Shown one piece after another: positions 12,149 to 25,100 of a DNA stretch of 64,000 nucleotides. Source of the stretch: Somniosus microcephalus (Eukaryota). Position 1 is the stretch's first letter. Each line of letters begins with the position of its first letter. The stretch spans positions 77,562,001 through 77,626,000 of the forward strand of contig CM126221.1 in assembly GCA_052327205.1 (NCBI GenBank). Reading direction: 5' to 3'. Both the position numbers and the translations under genes were made by a program. The notes under the pieces were generated by a model that was not told the origin of the DNA, made no database searches, and saw nothing but the letters and a program-made list of their open reading frames with translations.

Positions 12149-13745
12149 CTTTTCTGTCTCTGAATTTTGCGATAAAATATAGTCCAAAGGAAATAGACTC
12201 TATTCAAGGCGGTGGGTGGGGACCATTTAGTTCAAGAATATTGTAATGTTTGTCTTTACTACATTTCCCATTGTTTTTAAGATGGATAATTTTCCTGCTA
12301 TCTTAACATTTTCAACTTCTCTTCGTTGAAATTGCTATTTTTTTCTTATCATTATATTCAAATTGTTCACTTGTCCCTTCTCGTTTTGTTTTTCTGTTTC
12401 ATTCACTCATCAGTTTTTGTTATCATTTCCCAGCTACTCTTCACTGGCTCGCGAATTTTATTCTTTTCAGGCAGTTCCCAGATCCAATTCCGCCTCTGCA
12501 GATTTTGCTAACTAAACCACACGTCGGTGTTGGGCCCTAGTCAGCCTGCTGTAATCAAGCTGAGACCAAGAGACGGCAAAATAATCAACAGAGCGAAATA
12601 AACGATTAGTAGGAGCATGCTGACAAAAATGACTGATTATTAGATGGATTTTTTCCAATTCCAATCAGTATGGCGCAGTTAATGATTTTTTCCAGTGTCA
12701 ATCAGTAAACGGGCGTTGAATTATTTTTTTCCAATGTCTAACAGTACAGAAGAGCTAATGGGCTCTCTGTGATTGGGCTGTTTCTTTAAAGAGAGCATTT
12801 GTTCTAATACTGACCCATGCTGCAGACAGTTTACCGCAGACTTGCATAATTAGATTCTTGGCCGGGTTCACGTGTCGAAGAGCGAGCCTGTCTGAAGCCT
12901 ACAATCATTCGCACCTCGCACGTTGCTGCACCAGCATCTAATGGATGAGCCGCATCCATTGACTCCTAACTCGCTCAATTAAAAGACAGCAGAACAATGT
13001 TTCACAATATACAAAGAGATCAATGCACCACCGCTGCACTGTTTTAAGCCTTTTGATTACAGAAGGAAGAGTTCAATACATAAGAACATAAAGAACAAGA
13101 AGATTTAGGAGCAGGAATAGGCCATACGGTCCAATAAGATCATGGCTGATCTTTGACCTCAACTCCACTTTCTTGTCCGACCCCCATATCCCTTGATTCC
13201 CCTAGAGTCCAAAAATTTATCGATCTATGCCTTGAACATACTCAACGACTCAGCATGCACAGCCCTCTGGGGCAGAGAATTTTAAGATTCACAGCCCTCT
13301 GAGTGAAGAAATTCATCCTCATCTCAGTCTTAAATGGCCGACCCCTTATCCTGAGACTATGCCCCCTAGTTCTAGACTCTCCAGCCGGGGGAAACAACCG
13401 CTCAGCATCTACCCTGTCAATCCCCCTCAGAATCTTATATGTTTCAATCAGATCACCACTCATTCTTCTAAACTCCAGAGAGTATAGGCCCAATCTACTC
13501 AATCTCTCCTCATAGGACAACCCTCTCATCCCAGAGATCAATCTAGTGAACCTTTGTTGCACTGCCTCTAAGACATGTATGTCCTTTCTCAGATAAATAG
13601 ACCAAAACTGTGCCCAGTACTCCAGGTGTGGTCTCACCAGAGCCCTGTACAATTGGAGCAAGACTTCCTCACTCTTCTACTCCAACCCTCTAGCAATAAA
13701 GGCCGACATGCCATTTGCTTTCCTTTACTTGCATACTAACTCTCT

Positions 13746-14593
13746 GGGCTGGATTTTACCTTTCGGTGCGGTCTGGGGGCGGGACAGCTGCCTGCCGGGT
13801 TCCAATCACGCCCCCAATGACGTCCGATGCACAGACGCCATTTTGCATCAATTGGCCTTGTTAAGCCCGCCCTGCAGACTTGCCGGTCAATTAAGAGAAA
13901 GACGGTGTCAGATGACGTCAGTTGATGACGCACCATCTGCCGGTTTTCTTAAAGGGGCCACGCACAATTTTTTTTGACAGGTGACTTTTCAGTGTTTGAC
14001 AGCATTGAGGTGCTGCAAACACTGACAATCACTGACAAACCCTTGCACCCAGGCTCTCCAGTGACTCCCTCCTTAGGCTAGAACAGATGGCAGCTGCAGG
14101 TGAGGTTACAGAAGTTCTCCCAATGAGGTGGGACTACACAAACACTTCAAAACTTGTTACCTACAGAAAAGTCTAAATACATTAAAAATGATTTTCCCAA
14201 CATTTTCTAACCTCTGAAACTCACCAGTACACCATTGGATCCTTCACACCACTTCTGCAGCTGTCATCAATGAAGAAACATTACAGTAGGCCCACAGCAC
14301 GCCACACTTACCCTGGCGTGGTGTCCAGACATTGGGAAGCCCGCAGTCGACCTGTCAAAATTGGAAAAAGCCTATTAACTGCCTATTAACTACCTGTTAA
14401 CAGGCAGCTAAGAGCCTATAATCCTCTCCCCACCGCTAGGTGTCGGGTCCATGCGCAAATCGGGGACCCGACACCCAGGAAGGTTGTATGGAGGCGGGTT
14501 GACAATGGGTTCGGGACCCACTGTCAATCTTTGCAATGTTGCCGGATGTCCCGCCTCCAAACCTGCCCCCTGAGCGGCGGCAAAATCCAGCCC
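13746..14593. mobile_element. Non-autonomous Harbinger derivative
   Basis: TIR GGGCTGGATTTT/AAAATCCAGCCC; flanks TCT/CCT; left arm homologous to 31229-31550, including the start of the Myb exon (TGCACCCAGGCTCTCC). Confidence 0.8.
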
Positions 14594-14786
14594 CCTGTGT
14601 GTCCTGTACGAGGACACCTCAATCTCTCTGAACTCCAACATTTAATAGTTTCTCACCATTTAAAAAATATTCTGTTTTCTATTCTTCCTACCAATGTGAA
14701 TAACCTCCCATTTCCCCACATTATGCTCCATCTGCCACCTTATTGCCCACTCACTTAACCTGTCTGCATCCCCTTGCAGGCATTTT

Positions 14787-15497
14787 GGGGGGAAAATTGT
14801 CTGGCGCCCCTTTTGTGTCGCTAACATCGCCGGGGCACTAATTTTAGCGTCCCGAAACAGTTAGCTCCCCTCTGCCGGAAATTCAGTAGGAGCTCCCCAA
14901 GCAGGAGACGGGGCGCTACTGGAAGCACTCCACCTCCTTCTTGGGGTGCTACAACTGAAGATCGCGGTGCTACGTGCACCAGCGCCATGCGTGTCGGCAC
15001 GTAGCGCCACGTCATTGCAGGCCTCCTCCCCTGATTAAAGGGGAGGGGTCTAGCGCTGCGTGCACCGGGGCCCTGCCGGACCACCAGGGAGCGGAGTGCC
15101 ATGAAAACAGCCCGGCACTCAAGAGGAGTGAGCGATTGCAGCCAGCATCCCGAGAAAAAAAGGGAAAGGGGGCAGGTGCTGGCAGTCGGCCAAAATATAA
15201 ATGGTGGCCTGACACATGCCCCTTTAACTACCGCTGCCGCAGCTGCAAAAACGCCCCCTGACCCTGTCGGACATATCGCTCGGTGATAGGTCAGGGGGCG
15301 CAAGGGAAGTTTGCGGTCGGGGTGCAAGCGGGGTGCTGCGCACGGCGATGATGTCATCGCCAGCAGCGCAGTGCCACGGGGCGGTACCGGCTACTGGCTA
15401 CCGTCGCCGCTAACCTCCTGCTGAATTTCACCCAGGCACTAGGGGGCACTAATGAGAGGCGCTAATGAGAGGCGCAAATCAAACCAATTCTTCCCCG
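14787..15497. mobile_element. GC-rich MITE family B
   Basis: Imperfect 13-bp TIR GGGGGGAAAATTG/CAATTCTTCCCCG; 3-bp TSD TTT; inverted copy at 47356-48034. Confidence 0.85.
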
Positions 15498-16433
15498 TTT
15501 GTGTTCTCCTCACAGCTTACTGTCCCACCTAGCTTTGTATCATCAGCAAACTTGGATACATTACACATGGTCCCTTCATCTAGGTCATTAAGGTAGATTG
15601 TAAATAGCTGAGGCCCCAGCACTGATCCTTGTGGTACCCCACTAGTTACAGCCTGTCAACCTGAAAATGACCCGTTTACCCTGACTCTCTGTTTTCTGTC
15701 CGTTAGCCAATCCTCTATCCATGCTAGTATATTACCCCCAACCCCATGAGGCCTTACCTTGCATAGCAACCTTTTATGTGGCACCTCATCGAATGCCTTT
15801 TGGAAATCTAAATATACTACATCCACCGATTCCCCTTTATCTACCCTGCTAGTTACATCCTCAAAAACTCTAATAAATCTCATTAAACTTGATTTCCCTT
15901 TCACAAAGCCATGTTGACTCCGCCTACATACTAATGTAAAAACATAATATTGTCTGTTTATTTCCAGATTTGCAATTGAGAAATATTCAAAAATTCTCCA
16001 GGTTTTGTCTAGCCTATTTATAATATGCATTAGCATTTGCAGTAAAATCGTTTTTTATCAAACGTTGAAAGCCAGAAACCGGCCATCATTTGAAAGGGGT
16101 TCAGTTTTAACAGGGTTAAAGGGAAAGAGCACAGCATCGGTACAAAAATACTGGAGCAACCCCCTGTTCCTGGGTTCGCAGTCAGCGTCACTGCAAGCAG
16201 ATGATAAATAATAACAAAATAAAGCAGCACGGGATGCAGCAGATGGGTTGAAGTGAAAACAATGGGGCCGATCACACGCCTGGGACTCTCCGCTCACCAG
16301 GCAGCAAAGAAATAAGCAAGTAGGTAACCAGAGTCACAGTTTGAAGGAATGAAATTTAATGAACCTCACAAAAAGAGCCTGTATTTTTAGAAAGGTTTTT
16401 CCACTGTCTGCCATTATTCCAATCAATTTTCCA

Positions 16434-16882
16434 GGCACTTTACAGCCTTCCGGACTCAATATCGAGTTCAACAATTTCAGATCATAACCTCGGCCCCTAT
16501 TATATTTTTATATATTTTTTATCCACACCTTTAGTTTGTGCCTTTTCCTATTTTCTCTCTCCCACATGGCAGCTGTCTCTCACTCTGCCAGCGCATTTCA
16601 CACTTCATCTAGAGCTATCTTTTGTCTCTTTACCTGTCCTATTACCATCTCATCTCGTCTTGAATATCTCTTAATGTCTCTTCACCTCCCAGACCTTCCC
16701 TTTTGTTCTTTCATCCCCTCCCCCATTTCCCAGCCCCCAAACTGCCTTTTAATCTGTTTCATTTCCTGCTTTTTTCTCAGTTCTGAAGAAGGGTTTTGAC
16801 CTGAAACGTTAACTCTGTTTCTCTCTCCACTGATGTTGCCTGGCCTGCTGAGTTTTTCCAGCGTTTTCTGTTGTTATTCCAG
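16434..16882 (+). mobile_element. Penelope-like element 3' end / pseudo-LTR
   Basis: 16434-16487 reads GTLQPSGLNIEFNNFRS* (GIY-YIG C-terminus), then a pyrimidine-rich UTR and a hammerhead motif. Confidence 0.85.
16781..16815 (+). ncRNA. Minimal hammerhead ribozyme motif (Penelope type)
   Basis: CTGAAGA-A-GGGT-TTT-GACCT-GAAAC-GTT: CUGANGA and GAAA cores with palindromic AACGTT. Confidence 0.65.
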
Positions 16883-17026
16883 CACTGTTTACTGTGGACC
16901 GGGGAACAGAGAGCTGGATTACGACACAAGGCGCAGTCGATGCTTTCATCAGCTCACTGTCGCCGTTGCAACTTGAAAACATGTTGGAAGATTCCTTATA
17001 ACCCTAACTGGACAGGACAAAGGCTC

Positions 17027-17127
17027 AAAATAACAACAGGAAATGCTGGAAAAACTCAGCAGGCCAGGCAGCATCGGTGGAGAGAGAAACAGAGTCGACG
17101 TTTCAGGTCGATGACATTTCGTCAGGA
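17027..17127 (-). mobile_element. Penelope pseudo-LTR fragment with hammerhead motif
   Basis: Minus strand CTGACGAAATGTCATCGACCTGAAACGTCGACTCTGTTTCTCTCTCCAC; inverted copy of 16781-16880. Confidence 0.8.
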
Positions 17128-17419
17128 CAAAGACTAATTTTGGCAGGCTAAAAACTGTGTGGTACTGCATCAGATTTTGTTTCCTGGGATACCGGCTTTT
17201 ACCCGGGATTAACGCTGGCTGCCTCATGTAACAGGTGCTAGTGCGTAATCCTTGCTTTTATATCCCCCTGTTGTGAATCTCATTTACAGCTATCAGTGCT
17301 CCCAGTTTTACAGGAGATCCTGGGGTGGATTTTCAACTGAATGGCCACCAATTTCTTGCCTGAAAAACTGGGAACTAGCAGAGGCAAATATGGTGGAGAT
17401 CTTGTACGTCCATTTAGAT

Positions 17420-20400
17420 GGTAGATTTAGATTAGCAACAGAGAGGAGCAAGGAACAAGCTAGAGTGGAACTTATAAACAGGAATAGGGCTAACTTCAAT
17501 GGGATGCGAAAGGATCTAGCCAGCGTAAAATGGAACCAATGACTGTAACGGAACAATGGGTGATCTTTAAGGAGGAGATGTTCCAAGTACAGGCTAGGTA
17601 CATTCCAACAAGAGGGAAGGGTAAGGGAACCGAAGCAAGGGCTCCTTGGATGAGAAGGAAGATAGAGACGATGGTGAAACAAAAAAAGAGGTTGTATGAT
17701 GCATGTCAGGTGAATTCTTCGAGTGAGAACCAGACCAAATACAATACTTTGAGAGGGGAAGTGAAGATAAAAATAAGATTGGCAAAGAGAGAATATGAGA
17801 GTAGAATGGTGGTTAACATAAAAGGGAACCCAAAAATCTTCTACCGGCATGTAAACAGTAAGCGGGTAGTAAGAGGCGGGGTGGGGCCTATTAGCGACAA
17901 AGAAGCTGATATATGCTTAGAGGCGCAGGGCAAGGCTAGAATACTCAATGAGTACTTTGTATCGGTGTTTACTAAGGAGGTGGATGCTGATAAAATATCG
18001 GTAGAAGTGGAAAAGGTAGAAGCAATGGAAGGGGTGGTAATTGATAGACAGGGTGTACTAGAAAGGCTGGGTATGCTTAGAGTGGACAAGTCGCCTGGTG
18101 CAGATGGCTTGTATCCCTAAGGGAATTGGGGGAGGAGATAGCGGAAGGGCTTGCCATAATTTTCCAATCTTCCCTAGATGCGGGGGAGGTGCCTGAGGAT
18201 CGGAAAGTGGCAAATGTGACACCATTGTTCAAGAAAGGGTGTAAGGATAATCCTAGTAACTACAGGCCGGTCAGTTTAGCATCAGTGGTGGGTAAAGTTT
18301 TAGAAACAATAATCAAGGAAAAAATTAACGGGCACTTGGAGAAGTTTAAGCTAATTAAGGAGAGCCAACACGGATTTGTAAAAGGCAGATCGTGTTTGAC
18401 TAATCTAATTGAATTTTTTGATGAAGTATCAGGGAGGATTGAAGAAGGGAATGCAACGGATGTTGTCTACATGGATTTTAGGAAGGCATTTGACAAAGTA
18501 CCACATAGAAGGCTGGTTAACAAAATTGAGGCTCATGGAATAGGTGGGTCAGTGGCAGCTTGGATAAGGAATTGGCTTAAGGACAGAAAACAGCGAGTTG
18601 TGGTAAATGACTGTTTTTCAGACTGGAGGATGGTGGACAGTGGTGTTCCCCAAGGGTCAGTGCTGGGGCCACTGCGTTTTTTTATATATATAAATGACCT
18701 GGATATTTGGAATACAGAGTAGAATTTCAAAATTTGCCGATGACACCAAACTTGGGGGTGTGGCATACAGTGAGGACGACACCAATTGACTGCAACAGGA
18801 CATAGAAAAGCTAACTGAATGTGCAGACAAGTGGCAGATGGAATTTAATACAGAGAAGTGTGAGGTGATGCATTTTGGCAGAAGGAACAGGGAGAGGCAA
18901 TACACCCTTAATGGCACAGTTTTAAAGAGTGTGCAGGGACAGAGGGACCTGGGAGTTAATGTGCATAGATCCCTGAAGGTGGTGGGACATATTGAGACAG
19001 TGGTTAGCAAAGCATATGGGATCTTGGACTTCATAAATAGAGCTATTGGGCTGGATTTTCATTGGGCCGTGGAGTCGGGACTGGAGGCATGTGGGGGGTT
19101 TAAAATCCCGAAATTGGGGGTCCCGACTCCATCCCGCCCCCAACCCGCCTCCATGCCAGTTTCAAAGGAGGCGGGTACCCGCCCCGCATTGGGACCCGCC
19201 ACCCCGAGGCGGGAAGGGGATTAGTGCCAATTAACTGCCTGTTAACAGGTAGTTAACAGGCAGTTTTTAGCTTTATCCCTATTTTCATTGTTGAAATGTG
19301 GGATTCCCGACGGTCCACGCCAAGTTAGTGAGGCGGGCCATTGGGATGAAGGGCTTGGAGGTGTCGAGATGTCCGGTGTTCAGGTGAGTGATGGGTGCAT
19401 GAGTGCAGAGGTAAGTGTGTTTGGTGTGTGTAAAGTGTTTAAAGAAGTTCTACTAACCTTTACTTACCTTTACAGCCTTCCTTCCTTCAGGTCTCGGGAG
19501 TCCCTCATCTCACCGGCACAGAAAGCAGAATGGCCGCCAGCTGTCAAAATCTGCAGCCTCTGCTTTCTGTTCCGGGGAGATCTCTAAATCATCCTGAGAG
19601 GAAGGAATTAACCTGGAGTACAGATTGCCAGTGTTTGACAGCTTCAAACAGCTGTCAAATGCTGATATTTCATCTGTCAAAAGGTCTTGACAGATGAAAT
19701 TTCAATCTGTGACGTCACCTGTTGCCGGGCGGTCCTTAATTGGCCTGCTGAGCCCGCTGGGCAGGCTCAACAAGGTCAATCAAGTCAAAATCGTGTGGGT
19801 TGGCTAGAACTCGATGGAGGCGGGACTACAACCCCAAAAGTTGTAGTCTCGCCTCCTACCCGCCTCCTCAATGAAAATCCAGCCCATTAAGTACAAAAGT
19901 AGAGAAGTTATGCTAAATCTTTATAAAGCGCTGGTTAGGCCACAACTTGAGTGTTGCATCCAGTTCTAGTCACCACATTTTAGGAAGGATGAGATGGCAC
20001 TTGAGAGGGTGCAGAGGAGATTTACCAGAATGGTTCCAGGGATGGAGGATCTTAGCAACAAGAACAGGTTGGAGAAGCTGGATTTGTTTTCATTAGAGCA
20101 AAGGAGGTTGCGGGGTGATGTGATTGTACAAGATTATTACAGGTTTGGATAGGCTAGACGGGGAAAGGCTGTTCCCACTAGTTGATAGTACAAGAACTAG
20201 GGGACACAGATTTAAAGATTTGGGCAAGAGATACAGGGGGGACGTGAGGAAAAACGTTTTTACGCAGCGAGTGGTGATGACCTGGAAATCACTGCCGACG
20301 GAAGTGGTGGAAGCGGAGACACTCAATGTTTTCAAGGGGAGACTGGATAGACACTTGAGGGAAATAAACTTGCAGGGCTACGGGGATAGAGCGGAGGAAT

Positions 20401-20483
20401 GGGACTGACTGGATTCCTCTACAGAGAGCCGGCACGGACTCGATGGGCTGAATGGCCTCCTTCTGTGCCGTTATGACTCTATG
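17420..20483 (+). mobile_element. CR1 LINE, 5'-truncated, degraded ORF2
   Basis: [40 protein letters not shown]; several stops; (ATGACTCT)n tail. Confidence 0.92.
19048..19885. mobile_element. Non-autonomous Harbinger-type element
   Basis: Perfect 17-bp TIR GGGCTGGATTTTCATTG; 3-bp TSD ATT; the host CR1 resumes after it. Confidence 0.92.
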
Positions 20484-21159
20484 GGGGGAAACATTCAGTA
20501 TCGCCCCGTTTGGGGCGCCATTATTGGCCGTGCGCAGAGTTCAGCGCCTGGTGCTAATTATCGCCTCCAACAGCAAACTTGGCTTTTATCGCCCCTGGAG
20601 GTGATTGGAGCGCTAAATCAGGCGCTTCACACCTGTCTTAAGGCGCAAAGGCCGAGGAGCGAGGCGCTACCTCAGAGCGCTGACGAAGCAAGGAAGGGCA
20701 AATCAAAATGAACCTGCAAAGTGCTGCTCAGTACTCAAAACTCCTTCACACAGTGTTGAATCTCTCCAGAAGTCTCTCTCTCTCTCTCAGAATGGGTGGT
20801 GCAAAAATGTCACCGGCAAAAAAAGGCAGGAAGTGGTCGCCTTTAAATAGCGCTCCCCCAGTCCCTTTCTGACAGCATAACGCTCCCCTCAACCTGTCGT
20901 TGCTAGCGGCAGGCGGTAAGGCAGGGGGCGCCACTCAATATCCAGTCCGGGGCGCTAATGGGGCGTTGCGCACTGGACTGATGTCACAATCTGCCGGCGC
21001 AGGAGATCGTGACGGTAGTGTTTAGCGCCGCCGCAAAATGTCTAGTGAATTTCGCGAGCGGTGCAAACATCGCTGCGCCCGGCCTCTAGTTGCTTTGCAC
21101 CCCAATTGGCGCCCTCTTAAGGCGCTAACGGGAGGCGCAAACAGCTGAATTGTCGACCA
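20484..21159 (+). mobile_element. GC-rich MITE family A
   Basis: ~15-bp imperfect TIR GGGGGAAA.ATTCAG; TSD ATG; copies at 28704, 45071 and 57267. Confidence 0.88.
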
Positions 21160-21169
21160 ATGACTCTAT

Positions 21170-21386
21170 CTCCGCGATCGTGACGTCAGTTAACAGGCAG
21201 TCAATTGGCTGTAATCCCCTTCCCGCCTCGAGGAGATGGATCCCTGCGCGAGTCGGGGACCCGCCTCTCGGGAAGATGGTTCCCAGGCGGGTTGGGAGCA
21301 GGGTCGGGACCCGCTCCCAATTTTTCCCATTTTGCCAGCAGTCCCGCTACCAAACCCGCCTCCTCAGGGCTGGTAAAATCCAACCC
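21170..21386. mobile_element. One arm of a Harbinger-type element
   Basis: Ends GTAAAATCCAACCC; similar to 14390-14593 and to the reverse complement of 19048-19260. Confidence 0.7.
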
Positions 21387-21394
21387 TATGACTC

Positions 21395-21575
21395 TGTTGT
21401 GTATGTCCCTTTAAGGGAATAACTGGTCTTAGACTGCAGTACCGGCAGTGACCACCCCTGTATAAAAGGCCCTAGCAGGCTTCTGTACTTTCAGTTTCAA
21501 GCTGCCTCTTGTTCAGTAAAGTATCTGTTAACTGTTCTCCCGAAGTCCGTGTATTATTGAGGCGTGAACTTTACA
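21395..21575 (+). repeat. 5' LTR of Gypsy 1 (181 bp)
   Basis: Differs from the 3' LTR by 3 substitutions and 2 indels; TATAAAA at 21461. Confidence 0.95.
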
Positions 21576-22140
21576 GTGGCGACAAGTAAGTTCGAACACA
21601 CCTGCAGTGTGGCATCATCTCACGGGGATCTCGCCTGAAAGGAAGGCCCTGGAAGGTCGTAGTCTGAGCAACGGGCGTCGACCGAGGGCAACCGCCCAAA
21701 GAATCCATCGGTGTTTGGAGAATTGCGGGAGAGACTGTGGTTCCAGCGAATCGTGCTGGTAGCAGGTAGCGCGCTGACCCTTCCGGACTGCGGCGGGCTC
21801 AAGCTCGATCGAGCGGCTCTACAAATCGGGCCGCGCAGCATCGCCGGGAAAAGAAAACAAGAGAGAGAGGGTGGAGCGCACAGGGCACGGTCGGTGCTCG
21901 AGAACAGGACAGCGGAGAGAAACTAAACGGGGGGGAAGGAAAGTGAGACGCACCGAAGCTGCGGGTCGCCGCCATTACCCCGTAGAATGCTAGGAGCAGC
22001 GTGGCAGTAAGGGGAAGAAGCAAAAGCGCGGGAGGCGCCATTTTATCCCGTTGGGGAAGAAGCAAAAGCGCAGGAGGCGCCATTTTATTCCATTGGGGAA
22101 GAAGCAAAAGCGCGGGAGGCGCCATTTTAAATCGCCCAAG

Positions 22141-25100
22141 ATGCCGAAAAGTGGCAGTATCACTGCTTTCGACAACGAGGTAGAAGACTGGACCACGTAT
22201 GTGGAAAGAATTGAAGTGTACTGCAAGGCAAATGAGGTGGCTGATGGAAAGAGGGCGTCGGTATTATTAAATCTGATGGGTGCGAGTACGTACGGCCTAT
22301 TGCGGAATTTAATTACCCCAGCTAAACCAATGGAGAAAAGTTTTGAGGAGATTGTTCATATCTTACAGGAACACCTAAGCCCTACACCACTGCTGATAGC
22401 AGAAATATTCAAGTTCCATAAAAGAAACCAGCACAAAGATGAGAGCAATGCTGACTATCTTACGGAACTACGCAAGTTATCGAAGCACTGCCAGTTCGGA
22501 GCAGGACTGGCAGGCACCTTACGGGATAAGTTGTTTGCGGGCTCCAGAGTGAAGGAACCCAAAAACGACTACTTTCAAAAAAGGAACTGACGCTAGAACA
22601 GGCTTTCAGGATGGCAGTATCCTACGAAGCAGCAGCATGGGGAGCTGTGGAAATACAACAGAAACCACAAGAATACAGCGCTAACAAAATGGCGTATGGA
22701 GCCGAAAAGTGCTATCGCTGCGGCAGAACAACCCATGAGCAGAAGGACTGCTGGTTTAAAGACAAAATATGCAGGCAATGCGGGAAAATGGGACATATAG
22801 CAAGAGTCTGCAGGTCGGGAAAGAAGACCAACACGACAAGAACTGCTAAGGAACAGTACAGGAAAGTAAAAAAACTGACAGATAGTAGTTCAGAAGATCA
22901 GGAGAGTGATAAGGATTCCGGGAGCAGGCGACTAAATTGTTTAAAGTTACACAACGTGATCGCAAAAGAAGATCACCGAACCATTTGGGTCACCCTCATG
23001 ATAGCAAGGTCCCCAGTGAAGATGGAATTGGACACAGGATCAGCCCTAACTCTCATGAATCGACGAGACTATGAGCGGCTATTTTCATACATACCCTTAA
23101 AGGACACGTCCATTGTATTGAAGACATACACGGGGCAAAAGGTCTACCCCAGAGGAAAAATAAGGGTGCCAGTTGAATATAACGGAAAGGAAACACAGAA
23201 ACTATACATGTATATACTACGAGATGGAGGACCACCATTATTGGGACGTGAATGGATCCGAAGACTACAATGGGATTGGCATTCCATTCTGGCACTAACT
23301 GTGACTGACAAAAAAGATGATGACGTTGCACCTGGACGTCTGTCACAAATTCTATCTGACGCGGAAGAGGTGTTCCAACAAGGACTTGGGACTCTAAAAG
23401 GAGTAAAGGCAACCATAAAGATTGAGGATAATGCAACCCCAAAATTTTTCAAGGCCAGACCGGTGCCATACGCGATACGCCCAGCTGTGGAAGCTGAACT
23501 GGAGAGTCTGGAGTGTTCAGGGGTGCTGTCTAAGGTGGACTGGAGCGAGTGGGCCACACCCATCGTTCCTGTAATGAAGAAAGCATTGAGCAGCACGCCT
23601 GGGGAGCCAAGGAAGGTTCGCATCTGTGGGGACTTCAAGGTGACTGTGAACCCAGTCCTGCACACAGTACAGTATCTGCTTCCGTGGATAGAAGATATTT
23701 TCGCCTCGCTATCTGGAGGGAAACATTTTACAAAGATTGACCTGGCTCAAGCGTATCTACAAATGGAGGTGGAAGAAGCATCTAGGAAATACCTCATGAT
23801 AAACACTCACAAAGGCCTTTACCAGTACAATCGACTGGTATTTGGGGTAGCATCGGCCCTGGCTATGTGGCAGAGGGCAATGGAACAAGTCCTGCAAGGG
23901 ATCCCGGGGACCCAGTGTTATTTGGACGACATCCTGGTTACGGGCGAAAATGACAATGAACACCTTGCCAACCTGGAACAGGTGCTCACGAGATTGCAGG
24001 AATATGGGCTACGAGCCAACCGTCCCAAATGCGAGTTCTTCAGGAGACAAATCTCATATTGTGGCCACATGATTGATGAGGAAGGGTTGCATAAGTCGCC
24101 GGACAAGATTGAGGCTGTAGTCAAGGCTCCAGCACCAGAAAATGTGTCGCAACTGAGGTCGTTCCTCGGGTTGGTGAACTACTACCATAAGTTCTTGCTG
24201 AATTTATCTACAATTCTGCACCCACTGAACGCCCTCCTTCAAACTGGTGTAACATGGAAATGGAGTGATGAGTGTAAGCGTGCCTTTCAGGAATGTAAAT
24301 GCCAAATCACTTCAAAAGAAGTATTGGCCCACTACAACCCAACACTATCGATTCGGTTGGCATGTGATGCGTCACCTTACGGCATTGGAGCGGTGCTGTC
24401 ACACAAATTCTGTGACGGTTCAGAGAGGCCAATAGCCTTTGCATCGCGCTCGCTAACCTCAGCCAAGCGTAACTACGCCCAGATTGACAGGGAGGCCCTC
24501 AGCCTGGTGTGGGGGGTGAAGAAGTTCAATCACTATCTGCACGGGCAGAAATTCACCCTACTGACTGATAATCAACCCCTAGTCTCAATTTTTAACCCAA
24601 AGAAGGGCGTTCCGGTGATGACTGCGCAACGGCTACAAAGATGGTCACTTTTTCTAGGGGCACATCAGTATGACATAGGGTACAAAGGTACGAAACAACA
24701 TGGAAACGCTGATGGGCTGTCGCGCCTACCGTTGCCTACGGCGGAAGAAGCACCTGCAGTGGACCCTGTGGAGATATTCCATGCGACCATAGTCGAATAT
24801 TTGCCTGTTACAAACGCAAGTATTGACAAGGAAACCCGAAATGACCTGACACTCTCTCGGGTCTATGATTTGACGGTGAAGGGATGGCCAGCATATGGCG
24901 ACTCACTGTTGCCAGCATTCTCGCCAAGGAGGGAACAGCTGTCAGTGTGCCGGGGAACCCTGATGTGTGGATCCCGAGTGGTAATTCCACCCAAGTTGAG
25001 AGATAGAGTACTCAATGAGCTTCACGAGGGTCATCTGGGAGGGGTAAAAATGAAGAGCCTAGCCAGGGCGTTTGTGTGGTGGCCGGGAATCGATCAAGAA

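Larger units (their letters stand above)
13078..15920 (-). mobile_element. CR1 LINE, 5'-truncated, interrupted by two DNA elements
   Basis: SQHGFVKGKS, DVVYLDFQKAFD, RPHLEY motifs; collinear across the inserts at 13746 and 14787. Confidence 0.9.

Noticed and set aside
20481-20934. Recurrent small ORFs (MAPPALPPAAS.., ..LLSPLEVIGALNQ..) in several places
   Set aside because: They recur only because MITE A is repeated; frames are not preserved between copies.
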